Positions 1-11,273 of a stretch of DNA of 64,000 nucleotides are shown piece by piece. Numbering within the stretch: the first letter of the stretch is position 1; each line of letters opens with the position of its first letter. The position numbers were made by a program, and so were the translations under genes. The DNA lies in the IMG/VR virus record IMGVR_UViG_3300031951_000001, positions 258,373 to 322,372 of that record. One strand, written 5' to 3'. Below the pieces are notes generated by a model. The model saw only the letters and a list, made by a program, of their open reading frames with translations, searched no databases and was not told the origin of the DNA.

Positions 1-142
1 ATCATTTGATACTAAAAAATATTTTTATAGAAAAGTCGTTTTAGATTACGATAACTACACATATAAAATATATAATTCTAGCGGTGCAAGAATAGGAACA
101 GGGTCACCCATAAATTGGTATGAATATATTAACCCATCATAA
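1..142 (+). CDS. 3' end of a hypothetical (probably structural) protein, truncated by the window edge
   Basis: Open frame from base 2 (SFDTKKYFYRKVVLDY...WYEYINPS*); its TAA at 140-142 overlaps the next ATG. Confidence 0.75.
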   Translation, partial: SFDTKKYFYRKVVLDYDNYTYKIYNSSGARIGTGSPINWYEYINPS

Positions 143-1290
143 TGCAAGATAGGATTTATAATATAAGAATATCACCCGAGGTTATCAGTGATAAAATATT
201 TCCAAAAATATTTTATCAGGATTATGATATCCCTAAAGATAAAAATCCTTGCTGCGATGAACCACCACCACCCCTGACAGGACAAACACCTAATACCGTA
301 TACATTTATTCGTCTATGACCGAAATCGTGTCGGCGGATAATGGAAATTCAATTCTCAATATAACGGTACCGATTTTCTTAACCGAAAACACAGTCGATG
401 TAGGATATTATAGTGTGTTCGACGGTATGGTTACCCAACAGGATACCATGATGAACTTTTTGTTTCAATCATCTGTGGCGGCCCCATACGTCTATTCTTT
501 TTACAATACATCAGATAAACAATTCAAGAGATATCTAAAATTTGCTAATTATCAAATTGATTGGGGTGACGGAACACCGACAGAAACTGTTAATTCAACG
601 GCTCCTACACCATATGTTCACACATACGCTTCAGATGGTGAGTTTGAGATAAGCATGTCAGGTCTAAGTCCTTGGGGATACAATGTTATAAAGAAGAAAG
701 TTTTTACACCATATACTGATATTATTGCAGACAACCCAAATGGGGAAGCATTTTTCATACCGGCTGGTGGTAATTGGTCGGCAACACCTATATCATATAA
801 TTATATAATTCAATATGATGCGGAATGTGAAACAGATAATCCGTGTTGTGAATTTACACCAACTCCGTTTTTGATAACAGGGTATACCACATCTTCCTTA
901 TCATTAGTTGAACTTTATGGACCAACAAAATATAGAATTGACCAAAAAATAACAGGGGCATCAGGAACGGTTGCGGTTTTCAAGGGAGTAGCCGCAAACA
1001 ATTCATTTACCGCATATACCATAAACGATATAGAATATAGAGATTACCCAGATGGTAAAACTACATTCAGTGTTTATTCATCAGGATGTACTGACTTTTT
1101 AGTTTGTTCTGCAATAACAAAGGATGAAGCGTTAATGAATGTTGTAAGTGAACCCGAAATACTTTCAAACGTATTTATCGAAAGAGGTAAGAATACCGCA
1201 CTTGAACAAATACAAAGATTAGGTGAGATTGCAACATTTGGTGATTTAAGAAACTATGGGTACAGCTACTTTACTATAAAAACACAATAA
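142..1290 (+). CDS. Putative virion structural protein with a PKD-like domain
   Basis: 382 aa; 'YQIDWGDGT...HTYASDGEFEI' resembles a PKD/Ig-like motif; lies in the structural operon. Confidence 0.6.
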   Translation: MQDRIYNIRISPEVISDKIFPKIFYQDYDIPKDKNPCCDEPPPPLTGQTPNTVYIYSSMTEIVSADNGNSILNITVPIFLTENTVDVGYYSVFDGMVTQQDTMMNFLFQSSVAAPYVYSFYNTSDKQFKRYLKFANYQIDWGDGTPTETVNSTAPTPYVHTYASDGEFEISMSGLSPWGYNVIKKKVFTPYTDIIADNPNGEAFFIPAGGNWSATPISYNYIIQYDAECETDNPCCEFTPTPFLITGYTTSSLSLVELYGPTKYRIDQKITGASGTVAVFKGVAANNSFTAYTINDIEYRDYPDGKTTFSVYSSGCTDFLVCSAITKDEALMNVVSEPEILSNVFIERGKNTALEQIQRLGEIATFGDLRNYGYSYFTIKTQ

Positions 1291-1307
1291 TAAAAACCAA
1301 CTTTTCA

Positions 1308-1314
1308 TATTTAT
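1308..1314 (+). promoter_or_regulatory. TATTTAT putative late-promoter motif
   Basis: Intergenic, 26 nt before ATG 1341; the motif recurs before many genes in the window. Confidence 0.5.
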
Positions 1315-1340
1315 GTATAAGGGTTAAAAAATAAAATAAT

Positions 1341-2249
1341 ATGGCAACAGGAACATATGGTACAATAAGACCGGCAGACGTTAGTCCCGAGGATGTTGAG
1401 ATAATTTTGAATTATACTCCATCTAGAGACGAAACTGACAATTTTATATTAACTAAATTAGATTCAGGTGCAATTCTAAAACCATACTTTTGTAATGATG
1501 ATACTGGTGGTAACGCTGGCATAGAAATATTGGGTGGGTTATATAATCTAACTTTACCTGCCGACACATTTAATAAGTTGGGAATTTATACCATTTTTGT
1601 AAGACCCACTCAAATTAGAACAACTATTTTGGATTGTGGTGTTTTATCCGCATTACCGAACGTGAGAGGGTTAGTTATTGATTTAAATTCTGTACCATCG
1701 GAGTATAGAAATAAATTCGTTGACCAAGGATTGGTCGGTTTTAGAATTGAGTATCTCAATTCAGATGGAACCAAAATACCTAACTTTTTCAGAATTATTA
1801 CATCGTCATTCTTTTGTGAACCTGTTATTCAAAACCTAACAAACACATCACAAAAGGCGATAAGATATCGTTATACAGATACAAATACAAATTTGATTTT
1901 TTGCACCCTAACACCATCATCATCACCAACAAATAAGCCAAACGCCATTCCTTATATTGGACAACCAAATCAAAATATTATAATAACCAATACATTCTTT
2001 AATCCAATAACTTTGGATGTGGAGATTGCAGAACATGACTTCTCTACTCTTGCAATTGCTCTATTTGGTAATCAGACCAAATCTATTGATGATGGAATTT
2101 ACACAATGTACGACACATCTAATAACATTTACAAACAATACAACCTATATGAAGTACGTGACCAATTCAATGAGTTATTGTTTGAGGTTAGGGAAGACAG
2201 AGGAGATAATATTGATTTTAGTAAAAACTTCACAAATATAACATCTTAA
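1341..2249 (+). CDS. Putative structural (baseplate-region) protein
   Basis: 302 aa ORF coupled to the next gene (TAATG); no recognised motif. Confidence 0.5.
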   Translation: MATGTYGTIRPADVSPEDVEIILNYTPSRDETDNFILTKLDSGAILKPYFCNDDTGGNAGIEILGGLYNLTLPADTFNKLGIYTIFVRPTQIRTTILDCGVLSALPNVRGLVIDLNSVPSEYRNKFVDQGLVGFRIEYLNSDGTKIPNFFRIITSSFFCEPVIQNLTNTSQKAIRYRYTDTNTNLIFCTLTPSSSPTNKPNAIPYIGQPNQNIIITNTFFNPITLDVEIAEHDFSTLAIALFGNQTKSIDDGIYTMYDTSNNIYKQYNLYEVRDQFNELLFEVREDRGDNIDFSKNFTNITS

Positions 2250-5200
2250 TGGCGATAAAGAAATTTACTTGTCCCCCTCAGGCTTCAGGCCAGGGTAGTT
2301 TTTCTGACAATCTCGTAGGTTTTCAACTAACCACGGGAGGAGGGTTAACGCAAGCAAATTTCGAGTTCTCAACAGGGGTCGTAGAAAAAGTTAATAGAAC
2401 ATTTAATACCGGTACATTTTCAGACCCAGTTAGTTTGGACTCACTTGGTATCGGGTCAGTAAATCAATCAAAGTTAATATTTGAGAATAACTTTAAGGTT
2501 TATCCTAATTTTGATTTATCTCAAATTACAAATTTTGTTCAGTATGGTTCGATGTCTAAAAGGATGTCGGCATCTATAACAACGGTTATTAGTAAGTTCC
2601 CCGCGGGTATTGAAGTTAATAAACTTGGTATGGACTACACCAAGGGTGCGACGGCTTACAATATTGTATATTACCCAATCGATGACCAAAGTAGTATGGA
2701 GATATCCGTTGCTAAAATGGCTAACCCATTTGGTGTTGATTTTACAGTAAACGCAACACGTAATTTACAGTTAAAGGAAGTTCAGGTATCACCACTCAGG
2801 AACATGACGGTTGAATATATTAATTATTCATTGTATGTTAATGGTGTTGGATACAACATCAAAAGAATTATTCCTACAGATAGTTTATCAACAGGGGTAT
2901 TAAAAATATATGTTGAGGGAAGACCGTTCAGTGGGGTTACTGATGTTAGTGATACTCTTATAATAAGACCGAACGACCAACAAGTCTCAAAAGTATTCAA
3001 CGAAGATTTAGACGAGGTTGAAAATTTTCTATTAAACAGAAATCTTACTCCGATTTATACTGCTGCATTTAAGATACCACTTGAGGCTGATGATGGAAGA
3101 TTTTATGTTGCAACACAAAATATAAGTTGGCCTTTAGATGGAAGATGGAATTTGGATATCAGAACGCCTAATTTTACAAACTATATTGAAAAGATAGGTG
3201 AAGCTAGTGAGAATTTTGATGGATACTTGACCAACTTGGTAAGTAGATTTTTAGTGACAGGGGCATTTAAAGACTTTGATACACAAGGACAAAAAGTTGA
3301 AAAAATATTACAAATTTTTGGTAGAAGTTTCGATGATACTAAAAAGTACATAACCGCTTTAGGGTTTATGAATTCCGTAAATTATAACACCGGAAATGAT
3401 ATACCTTCACAACTTTTAAAGAATTTAGCTCAAACTTTAGGGTTTAACACTGACATATCACCAATAACTAATTCAGACTTTTTAAGTTCGGTTTTCGGAC
3501 AAAAAAACAATGATAAATCTAGCTTTGCGGGAGTCTCAATACAACAAACACCCGATGAGTTAAATTATCAATATTATAGAAATTTATGTCTAAACGCGGC
3601 TTTTCTATTCAAATCAAAGGGTACTCGTAAATCAATTGAGGTATTGATGAGATTGATTGGGGCTCCCGATGCTCTTGTTGATTTTAATGAATATGTTTAT
3701 GTTGCGGACCAAAAGATTAAATTAAGTCAATTTGATAAAAAGTTTGCTCTTATATCGGGTGGTACTTATTTGGAACAGGTCGCGGTTTTAGACCCGACAG
3801 ATGTGTTCTCAATATTCGGGGTTAAATATACAGGGTTTACCACCAATTTTATTATTGATGATGTTAATATAGGGATAGGTGCTTATCCGATTGACGAACA
3901 AGGATATCCGATTGCTCCTAATGACACAGAAAATTACTTCTTTCAGATTGGTAGTGGTTGGTTTGAATCGACGCCAAAACATAGGTCTCCGGCTCAACCT
4001 AATTTAACAACAAGCGTATTCACAGGGGCAAATCCTGACTATCAGACGAGCTTAATCCCATATACATATGGACAAATTTATTTAGATAGATATAGAAATT
4101 TCCCGTATATGAGCATGGGTTTCAAATTGACTCAAATACCCGATAACAATAAGAGTTGGACTGATGCTGAAACTGGACTCAGAGAAAATTTAGATGGTAA
4201 CTTTAACGCTCGTTATTATGTTGATAATGAAAAGTTAGTATTAAATGCCAAGAACATAGACCTATTCATGAATCCTGGACAAGGATTGTTATATGATGTG
4301 TGGTATATGTCAAGACAATATAATTATCCTATTGCAAACCAAGGACTTGGGTGGGTACAACCTACAAGGTGTAATCCTGACCCTTATACTATGTATCCGA
4401 GTAGAGATGGGGTCGATTGGACGGTAATTAATCCACAACCAAGACAGAAAACATTTTTTGAATTTGCTCAAACATTTTGGCAGAACACAATCAATGTTAG
4501 AAACAGACAATATTTTGGAGCATACCCGACTTTAGAATCAATATATTGGAGATACCTAGAATCACAAAAAAATGTGGGAATTGAAAATAACAACTTCAAT
4601 TACCAAAGTATGATGGAGTATGTTCAGGATATGGGGGATTATTGGATTAGACTAGTTGAACAGATGATACCCGCAACAACTTTATGGAATACAGGTATCA
4701 AATATGAAAATTCAATTTTTCACAGACAAAAATATGTTTGGAGAAGACAGGCTGGTTGCCAGATTGTTGCAATACCCTGCAAACCCTGTACCGTTACGGA
4801 TAATATATTCACAGATAATTGTCCCGTTCAAACAGCGACTTGTTCCCTATATCCATGGAATCCGAACTCAAGTCAAATACAAAGTTTTGCCGCTATATTA
4901 GGTAACATTGTAAATAAGTATTTAACCAATAATGGATTGAGTTTAAATCAATGTGTTTCGGATAGTATAAATTCTATTTGGTATGTTGACATCAGATTAC
5001 AGGGGATTCAGTTAACGCAGTACCCATTTTTTAATGGAGTTGGTTATAATTTAGATGGATTGAGTTATCCTTCTAATTCGGATTGGTATAACGGTATAAA
5101 TGAAGCCCTAATGTCTTTATCTAATTATGGTTATAGTTACTATTTAACAGATACTGATGAAGTTGTAGTGATTAATAATATATGTTCATTGAACAGTAGT

Positions 5201-5254
5201 GGTATTTTGTTAGAAATAAATGTAGGTATAGAATTTACAATAAGTTGTAATTAA
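2249..5254 (+). CDS. Putative baseplate wedge protein
   Basis: 1001 aa; 'LLKNLAQTLG' and 'FLFKSKGTRKSIEVLMRLIG' resemble the KGT motif of baseplate wedge / P2 gpI-like proteins. Confidence 0.6.
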   Translation: MAIKKFTCPPQASGQGSFSDNLVGFQLTTGGGLTQANFEFSTGVVEKVNRTFNTGTFSDPVSLDSLGIGSVNQSKLIFENNFKVYPNFDLSQITNFVQYGSMSKRMSASITTVISKFPAGIEVNKLGMDYTKGATAYNIVYYPIDDQSSMEISVAKMANPFGVDFTVNATRNLQLKEVQVSPLRNMTVEYINYSLYVNGVGYNIKRIIPTDSLSTGVLKIYVEGRPFSGVTDVSDTLIIRPNDQQVSKVFNEDLDEVENFLLNRNLTPIYTAAFKIPLEADDGRFYVATQNISWPLDGRWNLDIRTPNFTNYIEKIGEASENFDGYLTNLVSRFLVTGAFKDFDTQGQKVEKILQIFGRSFDDTKKYITALGFMNSVNYNTGNDIPSQLLKNLAQTLGFNTDISPITNSDFLSSVFGQKNNDKSSFAGVSIQQTPDELNYQYYRNLCLNAAFLFKSKGTRKSIEVLMRLIGAPDALVDFNEYVYVADQKIKLSQFDKKFALISGGTYLEQVAVLDPTDVFSIFGVKYTGFTTNFIIDDVNIGIGAYPIDEQGYPIAPNDTENYFFQIGSGWFESTPKHRSPAQPNLTTSVFTGANPDYQTSLIPYTYGQIYLDRYRNFPYMSMGFKLTQIPDNNKSWTDAETGLRENLDGNFNARYYVDNEKLVLNAKNIDLFMNPGQGLLYDVWYMSRQYNYPIANQGLGWVQPTRCNPDPYTMYPSRDGVDWTVINPQPRQKTFFEFAQTFWQNTINVRNRQYFGAYPTLESIYWRYLESQKNVGIENNNFNYQSMMEYVQDMGDYWIRLVEQMIPATTLWNTGIKYENSIFHRQKYVWRRQAGCQIVAIPCKPCTVTDNIFTDNCPVQTATCSLYPWNPNSSQIQSFAAILGNIVNKYLTNNGLSLNQCVSDSINSIWYVDIRLQGIQLTQYPFFNGVGYNLDGLSYPSNSDWYNGINEALMSLSNYGYSYYLTDTDEVVVINNICSLNSSGILLEINVGIEFTISCN

Positions 5255-8200
5255 TGGCGATATGTAGTTTAACATATAGATTATCAGTGACTGGCGATTG
5301 TACTAACCAAGGTCTTGGGGCGTTCAATCTTCAGGTACAAGGTAGGGCTCCGTTTTTTTACCAATTTTTTTCACCATTTGACGACCCATTACCAATCCCT
5401 TTTGGGGATGGGGTAAGTGAGTTAACTATAAGTAATCTAACACCAAACACGTATTCATTACAAATCACAGATAGTTGTGTCCCACCCACTAGACAAATAG
5501 TTAACGTAATAATATCTGATGGAGTATGTGTTTCTTTATTGGACCATGCAAATACAACTTGTGATGCACCAAACGGGTCGATTACCGCAAGAACTGATAA
5601 TAACTTACAATTAACCCAATATTTTTTATATGAAAACACAAGAGGTTATGTTACTTCAGGAGTTTCTTCTTTAGATGATTTTGTTTTCAGAGATTTGTCA
5701 GGAGGTACTTATTATGTGGTGGTAAATGACGGAGGGGGATGTACAGGTAGGTCTGAAAGTTGTATAATTAAACCCTCAACTCCGTTTGATTACGGTTTTT
5801 ACATAGTAAACGATTCACCATGTACAACTAACACCGGTAAAGTATTCGTAACCGGCCTAACGGGAACCGAACCATACACGTATCAATGGAATACTGGAAG
5901 TATTGAACCTTCGATAACAGGTTTATCAAATGGTAATTATTCTGTCACAGTAGTTGATGCGACAGGATGTAGGAAATCAAAAAATGTTACAGTAGGTATG
6001 GTAAGGGCGATAGGGGTTGCTGAATTGATTACTATCCCACCGTCTTGTTCGGGTAATGATGGTCAAATAACCATAGTAGTTACAGGAGGAACAACTCCAT
6101 ATTATTATCTTGGTAGTAATGGACAAAGTTTAATTACTTTTAGCGAAACATTTAGTTTAACTGGAATACCATCTGGTAACTATTCCATTACAATCACTGA
6201 CGCAGCCTTATGTTCTACTAGTATTTCACAAACACTTGTAACCCCAAATGGATTTACTATAGGAAACATTGGAGTTGTTAACTCAACTTGTAACAATTCT
6301 TCAGGAGCATTGAGCCCCATAACACTAATTGGAGGAAACCCCCCATTTACGTATACTCTTACTTATCCATCGGGTAATTCGATACAGCAAACAGTAAACG
6401 GGAACTCAAATCAGTTTCAAGGACTATCCGCCGGCACATATACACTAACAATTTCAAATGGTCCGTGTACTTTCACAAATACGTATACAATTAATAATAT
6501 TGAAAAATATACCGTAACGACTTCCTCCACAGGAACAACCTGTAATGGTAGTAATGGTAGTATATCTGCAAGAGTATCTTCAGGGTTTACCTTACCTTTA
6601 AGTTATCAATTAACAGGGCAACCTACAATTAGTAATACATCACAGACCGTAGTCACATTTAACAATTTATTTTCAGGTAGTTACCAATTAACAGTAACTG
6701 ACGCTTTACTATGTTCACAAGTACAAAATGTAACGGTAACCGCAGCTGATAGCATTGATTTTTCTATGGCAGGAACCAATCTAAATTTTGGTAACGATGG
6801 AACAATTCAGGTTTATATAACCGAAGGGCCTGCACCTTATAATATACAATGGAGTGATAATGTTAATGGTCAAACAGGTTTGAATTTAACTAATCTTTCA
6901 GCCGGAACATATAGTGTTCTTATTACCGATGCTAATGGGTGCCAATTGAGTCATCAATTGACTTTGGTAGGGTATAATAACAGAGGTGGATATGAAACGT
7001 ATAACTATTGCCAAACAGAGTTTGTATCAAATGGTTTAACAGTTTTAAAGAGACCCCAAAATATGTTTTTAGAAGGGTTTTACGATTTAACTTCGGGTGA
7101 AACGAACTGTATTTTAAATGAGGCTATTTTTACTGCGGTAATTAGTGTTGATGGGACAGTTGTCGAGCAACCATTTTATACAAGTAACAGTTTAGGTGAC
7201 TATCCATCAGACCAATTGTGGTTTAATACGATAGATTCTATTTTAACATCTTTCGATTCAATTGGTAATGTCACCATAGACCCTGCTCAAAATAGTATAA
7301 CTCTTCAAAGTAGTTGTACTGATAGTGGATTAAGTTTGAACAGTGCTGAAGTAAGCGTTGATTTCAAAATTTCGTATGACATTTCCTGTGTATGTAAAGT
7401 TATACCAATACCAGGACCTGTATTTAACACATGTGATATGATATATACCGACGCTTCATCCCAAATATATAATTATGTTTTAAGTTCAGATACGAGCACT
7501 TTATTAAGTGTTGATGGATATAATTTTGATACCCCAAGTATTGCCTATACCAATACAAAATTGTGGGCGTACACTACATCAGCCGGTTCAACCTCAATTA
7601 GAGAATGGGATATTACTCTGAATCCATTTACCGCTTTATATAATAGAACAATAACTTTAGGATTTGCGATTGGTAATGCAATAGGAGTTAAATCAGGTAA
7701 TATATTAATTACAACAAATGCGGATGTAACACCTAATAGATATATTGAAATAAATGTTTCAGGAATATCTCCTGTTGTTACAAATAAAGTTAATTTAGAA
7801 AACTTCGAAGAAGTTGTAGGAAGTATAGTTAATGGAAATGACGGAAACTTCTATGTGTTAATTCAAAATAATCTGAATGAACCATTTGTCGATTATTACT
7901 TAAAAATCGTTAGTACTTTCGATTATTCGACTACATTCACATTGGAATTAACACCTACTATAGTAGGTGTTCCTTCAGGATTATTCTTTAATCCTGATTT
8001 GGTAAATAATTCTATAATTTATTTGGTTGATGATGCTGCTAATATATATCAAGTCACTTTATCCCAACCAAATAGCGTATTATCATATGGTTCTATCGGA
8101 GGAGCGGTAATAACCCCTAGCTTATATCAAGGTAATAGTTGTTTCACACCAGAATTTGTTTTACCAACATTACCATGTGGACAAAATAGTACATTAGGGT

Positions 8201-8742
8201 TTATTAACCTGAATAATACAACAGGTGGTTATTTTGTAACAAGAGTTAATTTGGGGTCTGCAACAGGAATTGCAGAATTAACAATACAGGGAAGTACTAA
8301 TTCTAGACACCAAATAATTTGGAATGGAAACATAGTTGCTGACTCATTATTCTTGACTGGTGTAAATGATAATGCGGGTTTGAATATTAGTATTAATGAA
8401 ATTATACAATACACCCAATTAAATAAATATAATTATACTCCTGGTACCGGTAATGCTACTCAAGTATTCCCTAATTCAGATTGGACCTCAAATGGAACAA
8501 TAAATGTTAGCTATACTGCTAATGATGTTGCTCCATTAACTCCGCAAAGATTGTTTGGTTCGGTTGGAAATCAAATAGGGGTTGTGGAGAATTACCCGAC
8601 TCCGGCTTCTTTAGCAAGTGATACTGATATAAAACTTCAGTTTACAAAAACTTTACCAAACCCAACTTACGTTGAAATTGTTACTATTTGTGCGGCTTTT
8701 GCGGGGGGTAATTACGAATTTAATATGAGATGTATAACCTAA
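5254..8742 (+). CDS. SprB-repeat tail/adhesin-like protein with one beta-propeller-like module
   Basis: 1162 aa; repeated 'G(G/T)T.PYTY.W...I.GL..G.YSVTV.DA.GC' units; ~7430-8160 matches the module repeated in the 3782 aa protein. Confidence 0.7.
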   Translation: MAICSLTYRLSVTGDCTNQGLGAFNLQVQGRAPFFYQFFSPFDDPLPIPFGDGVSELTISNLTPNTYSLQITDSCVPPTRQIVNVIISDGVCVSLLDHANTTCDAPNGSITARTDNNLQLTQYFLYENTRGYVTSGVSSLDDFVFRDLSGGTYYVVVNDGGGCTGRSESCIIKPSTPFDYGFYIVNDSPCTTNTGKVFVTGLTGTEPYTYQWNTGSIEPSITGLSNGNYSVTVVDATGCRKSKNVTVGMVRAIGVAELITIPPSCSGNDGQITIVVTGGTTPYYYLGSNGQSLITFSETFSLTGIPSGNYSITITDAALCSTSISQTLVTPNGFTIGNIGVVNSTCNNSSGALSPITLIGGNPPFTYTLTYPSGNSIQQTVNGNSNQFQGLSAGTYTLTISNGPCTFTNTYTINNIEKYTVTTSSTGTTCNGSNGSISARVSSGFTLPLSYQLTGQPTISNTSQTVVTFNNLFSGSYQLTVTDALLCSQVQNVTVTAADSIDFSMAGTNLNFGNDGTIQVYITEGPAPYNIQWSDNVNGQTGLNLTNLSAGTYSVLITDANGCQLSHQLTLVGYNNRGGYETYNYCQTEFVSNGLTVLKRPQNMFLEGFYDLTSGETNCILNEAIFTAVISVDGTVVEQPFYTSNSLGDYPSDQLWFNTIDSILTSFDSIGNVTIDPAQNSITLQSSCTDSGLSLNSAEVSVDFKISYDISCVCKVIPIPGPVFNTCDMIYTDASSQIYNYVLSSDTSTLLSVDGYNFDTPSIAYTNTKLWAYTTSAGSTSIREWDITLNPFTALYNRTITLGFAIGNAIGVKSGNILITTNADVTPNRYIEINVSGISPVVTNKVNLENFEEVVGSIVNGNDGNFYVLIQNNLNEPFVDYYLKIVSTFDYSTTFTLELTPTIVGVPSGLFFNPDLVNNSIIYLVDDAANIYQVTLSQPNSVLSYGSIGGAVITPSLYQGNSCFTPEFVLPTLPCGQNSTLGFINLNNTTGGYFVTRVNLGSATGIAELTIQGSTNSRHQIIWNGNIVADSLFLTGVNDNAGLNISINEIIQYTQLNKYNYTPGTGNATQVFPNSDWTSNGTINVSYTANDVAPLTPQRLFGSVGNQIGVVENYPTPASLASDTDIKLQFTKTLPNPTYVEIVTICAAFAGGNYEFNMRCIT

Positions 8743-8772
8743 AGAATAAATTAAAAGATTACTTAAAAATAA

Positions 8773-11247
8773 ATGGCTGCTAATTTTTATAATTTTGAAT
8801 TTTGTTGTAGTAATTTAGGAACAACCATATCGGCAAATGATATTGGTCAACCAAGTTTTGCGTCAAATCAGGTCTATTTTTTAGAATCATTAATTTTGTC
8901 AGGATGTGTGAGGGCCATAAGTGTTTCCTCATCCCCAGCAGGTGAAATCATATTAGATGATGCGAATTATACTCTAACCAGTTATAATAGTTGTTCATTG
9001 TGTACAGGGTCAACTGGTGGATGTTTCCCACCTGTGCCAACCCCAACTCCTACAATCTATTATAGTTCAGATACTAGATGTGGTAATGGAATACTAAAAA
9101 GAAATGAATGTGACCCTATAGTTATATTCCCAATGGGAGTTCAATGTGTTGGTGCAAATCCAACTTTGACGACAATACCTGATGGGTCTTTGTCACTAAT
9201 AATCACAGGTGGAACACCACCTTATACTGTTACGTGGAGTACTGGAGGTAATGGATTACTTCTAACTAATTTAGGTGTTGGGAGCTATAGCTCAATTGTT
9301 GTGGATTATTATGGTGATTTCACGGCTTATACTACTTGTACTTTAACCGCTCCAACTCCAGTGCCTACAGAAACTAGATTAACCAACACACCAACAGTTA
9401 CACAAACAGTTACGCCGACCCCGGACCCTAGTTATCCTTCATTCTGCTTAACATTGACTAATATTAGGCCACCACAAACAATTAACATGTATTTTACATA
9501 TACTGGGGAATTGTTAAACAGTATGCCTCAGTATTTAAGTAATAATAACTATAATATATATTGGTCCACAGACCAAGTCCCTAATAGTTGGGTATTAGAC
9601 GGCACACTAACCCAAGGTAATGTTATAAACTATACAACAGATATCACACCGTTATCAGGGTGGGTATTTTTGGACCCGCAAAATCAAGGGTCTGTTACAG
9701 GTATTTTAGGTGAATGTGCATCTTACGGAAATTTGTGTTTTACTTATAGACAAATCAAAGGTCCTGGTGACCCATTATATGAAGGTGTAATTGATTTATT
9801 TTATACAGGACAGATTAATGGGTATCCTTCATGGCAATCTTCTGATGGTACGTATATTCTTACTTGGCAAACTACTAATGGAGGTAGATGGGTAATTGAT
9901 TTTACAACAAATCCTAAGTATACTAATCCGACTAATTCAAATCCATCGATACCGCCATTAACAGGATGGCAACAACCTGGTACAACACCACCTAGTTTTG
10001 CAACAATATATGAAGGTAATTGTACTCCAAGTACTACAGTCGGAACAGCATCCCTCAATGGAAGTAATAACAACACAAGCGGTGGGGGAAGTGTAATCGG
10101 AGGAGGACTTGGAGGTAATACTAGCGGTTTAGTTTCTGGAAATAATTTAGGAGGGGCTTTAACAACTAATAATCCATCCACGGGAGATATACCATTTAAT
10201 GATACGGAGGGTAGAGACGGAACTACAACCCTTGGTGGATATCAATGCGAGTGTATTGCGGTTAGAACAATAAGTACTTACCCCGGAATCGCATTTTACA
10301 CAGATTGTGATGGTAATCCCGCACAGATATCTGTACCTGGAGGTATAGGAGTAAATGCGAGAGCTTGTATATGTAGAAGAGTTGGGACAACAGTAACGGG
10401 AGGGGTTATTGAAGAGCCATGTCAAACCGCTCAAAGCGCGGGGGGACAAACTTCAATAACAAATTATTGTTTAGATATTTTGGGAGATTCTTGTAATCAA
10501 AATGTTACAGGTGGAGGAACTCGTAGTGCGGTTACTACCGCAGAAGATACCGGAATAATAAATGACGGTAACATAACTTTTAGGGCTTCAGGAGGATATC
10601 CACCCTACCAGTATTCAATAGACGGAGGATTAACATATAAATCTTCACCACTGTTCAGTAAATTAGGACCTGGCAGTTATAATACAATTATAAAAGATTC
10701 TTCAGGTAATACGTACAGTAATCAGGTTACTTTGTTCGGACCTGTAGGACCTACTATTTACCAAGTATCGCTTGAAACAAGCAACGTAATACCTAGAAGT
10801 GCTTCTAATGTAACTACAAGACAATTTACATCGACTATTAAGGTAACTCCTGATTTACCCGATGGAGTTGTTCTAACTTTTGATTTAATACATACGGATA
10901 CCTTTAGAAGGTCTCCATCATTAACTGCAGCTACTTTAGTTACGAGTAGTTTACTGAAAAAGAATTCATTTAATTACACAGCATCTACGGTGGTATCAGA
11001 TACAGGTACGACTCTAAATACAAATTCAGGTTGCCAACAGAAAGTAATTTATGTAAATAATTTAACAGAAACTTGGACATCTGTAAAATACTCAAAGACG
11101 GACACACTGTCTCTAATTACATCAACTAGTGTAACAAGAAATTCAATAGACAAGTGTTACATAGGAGAATCTATTGATGATTTTACATTAACAAATTTAA
11201 CAATAAGTGGATGTAGTAATTGCGGTGTTTCAAACATTACAGTATAA
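8773..11247 (+). CDS. SprB-repeat, Cys-rich structural/fibre protein with Pro-Thr and Gly-rich linkers
   Basis: 824 aa; 'GGTPPYTVTWS', 'ASGGYPPYQYSIDGG', PTPTP tracts. Confidence 0.6.
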   Translation: MAANFYNFEFCCSNLGTTISANDIGQPSFASNQVYFLESLILSGCVRAISVSSSPAGEIILDDANYTLTSYNSCSLCTGSTGGCFPPVPTPTPTIYYSSDTRCGNGILKRNECDPIVIFPMGVQCVGANPTLTTIPDGSLSLIITGGTPPYTVTWSTGGNGLLLTNLGVGSYSSIVVDYYGDFTAYTTCTLTAPTPVPTETRLTNTPTVTQTVTPTPDPSYPSFCLTLTNIRPPQTINMYFTYTGELLNSMPQYLSNNNYNIYWSTDQVPNSWVLDGTLTQGNVINYTTDITPLSGWVFLDPQNQGSVTGILGECASYGNLCFTYRQIKGPGDPLYEGVIDLFYTGQINGYPSWQSSDGTYILTWQTTNGGRWVIDFTTNPKYTNPTNSNPSIPPLTGWQQPGTTPPSFATIYEGNCTPSTTVGTASLNGSNNNTSGGGSVIGGGLGGNTSGLVSGNNLGGALTTNNPSTGDIPFNDTEGRDGTTTLGGYQCECIAVRTISTYPGIAFYTDCDGNPAQISVPGGIGVNARACICRRVGTTVTGGVIEEPCQTAQSAGGQTSITNYCLDILGDSCNQNVTGGGTRSAVTTAEDTGIINDGNITFRASGGYPPYQYSIDGGLTYKSSPLFSKLGPGSYNTIIKDSSGNTYSNQVTLFGPVGPTIYQVSLETSNVIPRSASNVTTRQFTSTIKVTPDLPDGVVLTFDLIHTDTFRRSPSLTAATLVTSSLLKKNSFNYTASTVVSDTGTTLNTNSGCQQKVIYVNNLTETWTSVKYSKTDTLSLITSTSVTRNSIDKCYIGESIDDFTLTNLTISGCSNCGVSNITV

Positions 11248-11261
11248 AAAAAGTTTTTCTA

Positions 11262-11269
11262 TATTTATA
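11262..11269 (+). promoter_or_regulatory. TATTTATA putative late-promoter motif
   Basis: Intergenic, just upstream of ATG 11274. Confidence 0.5.
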
Positions 11270-11273
11270 GACA

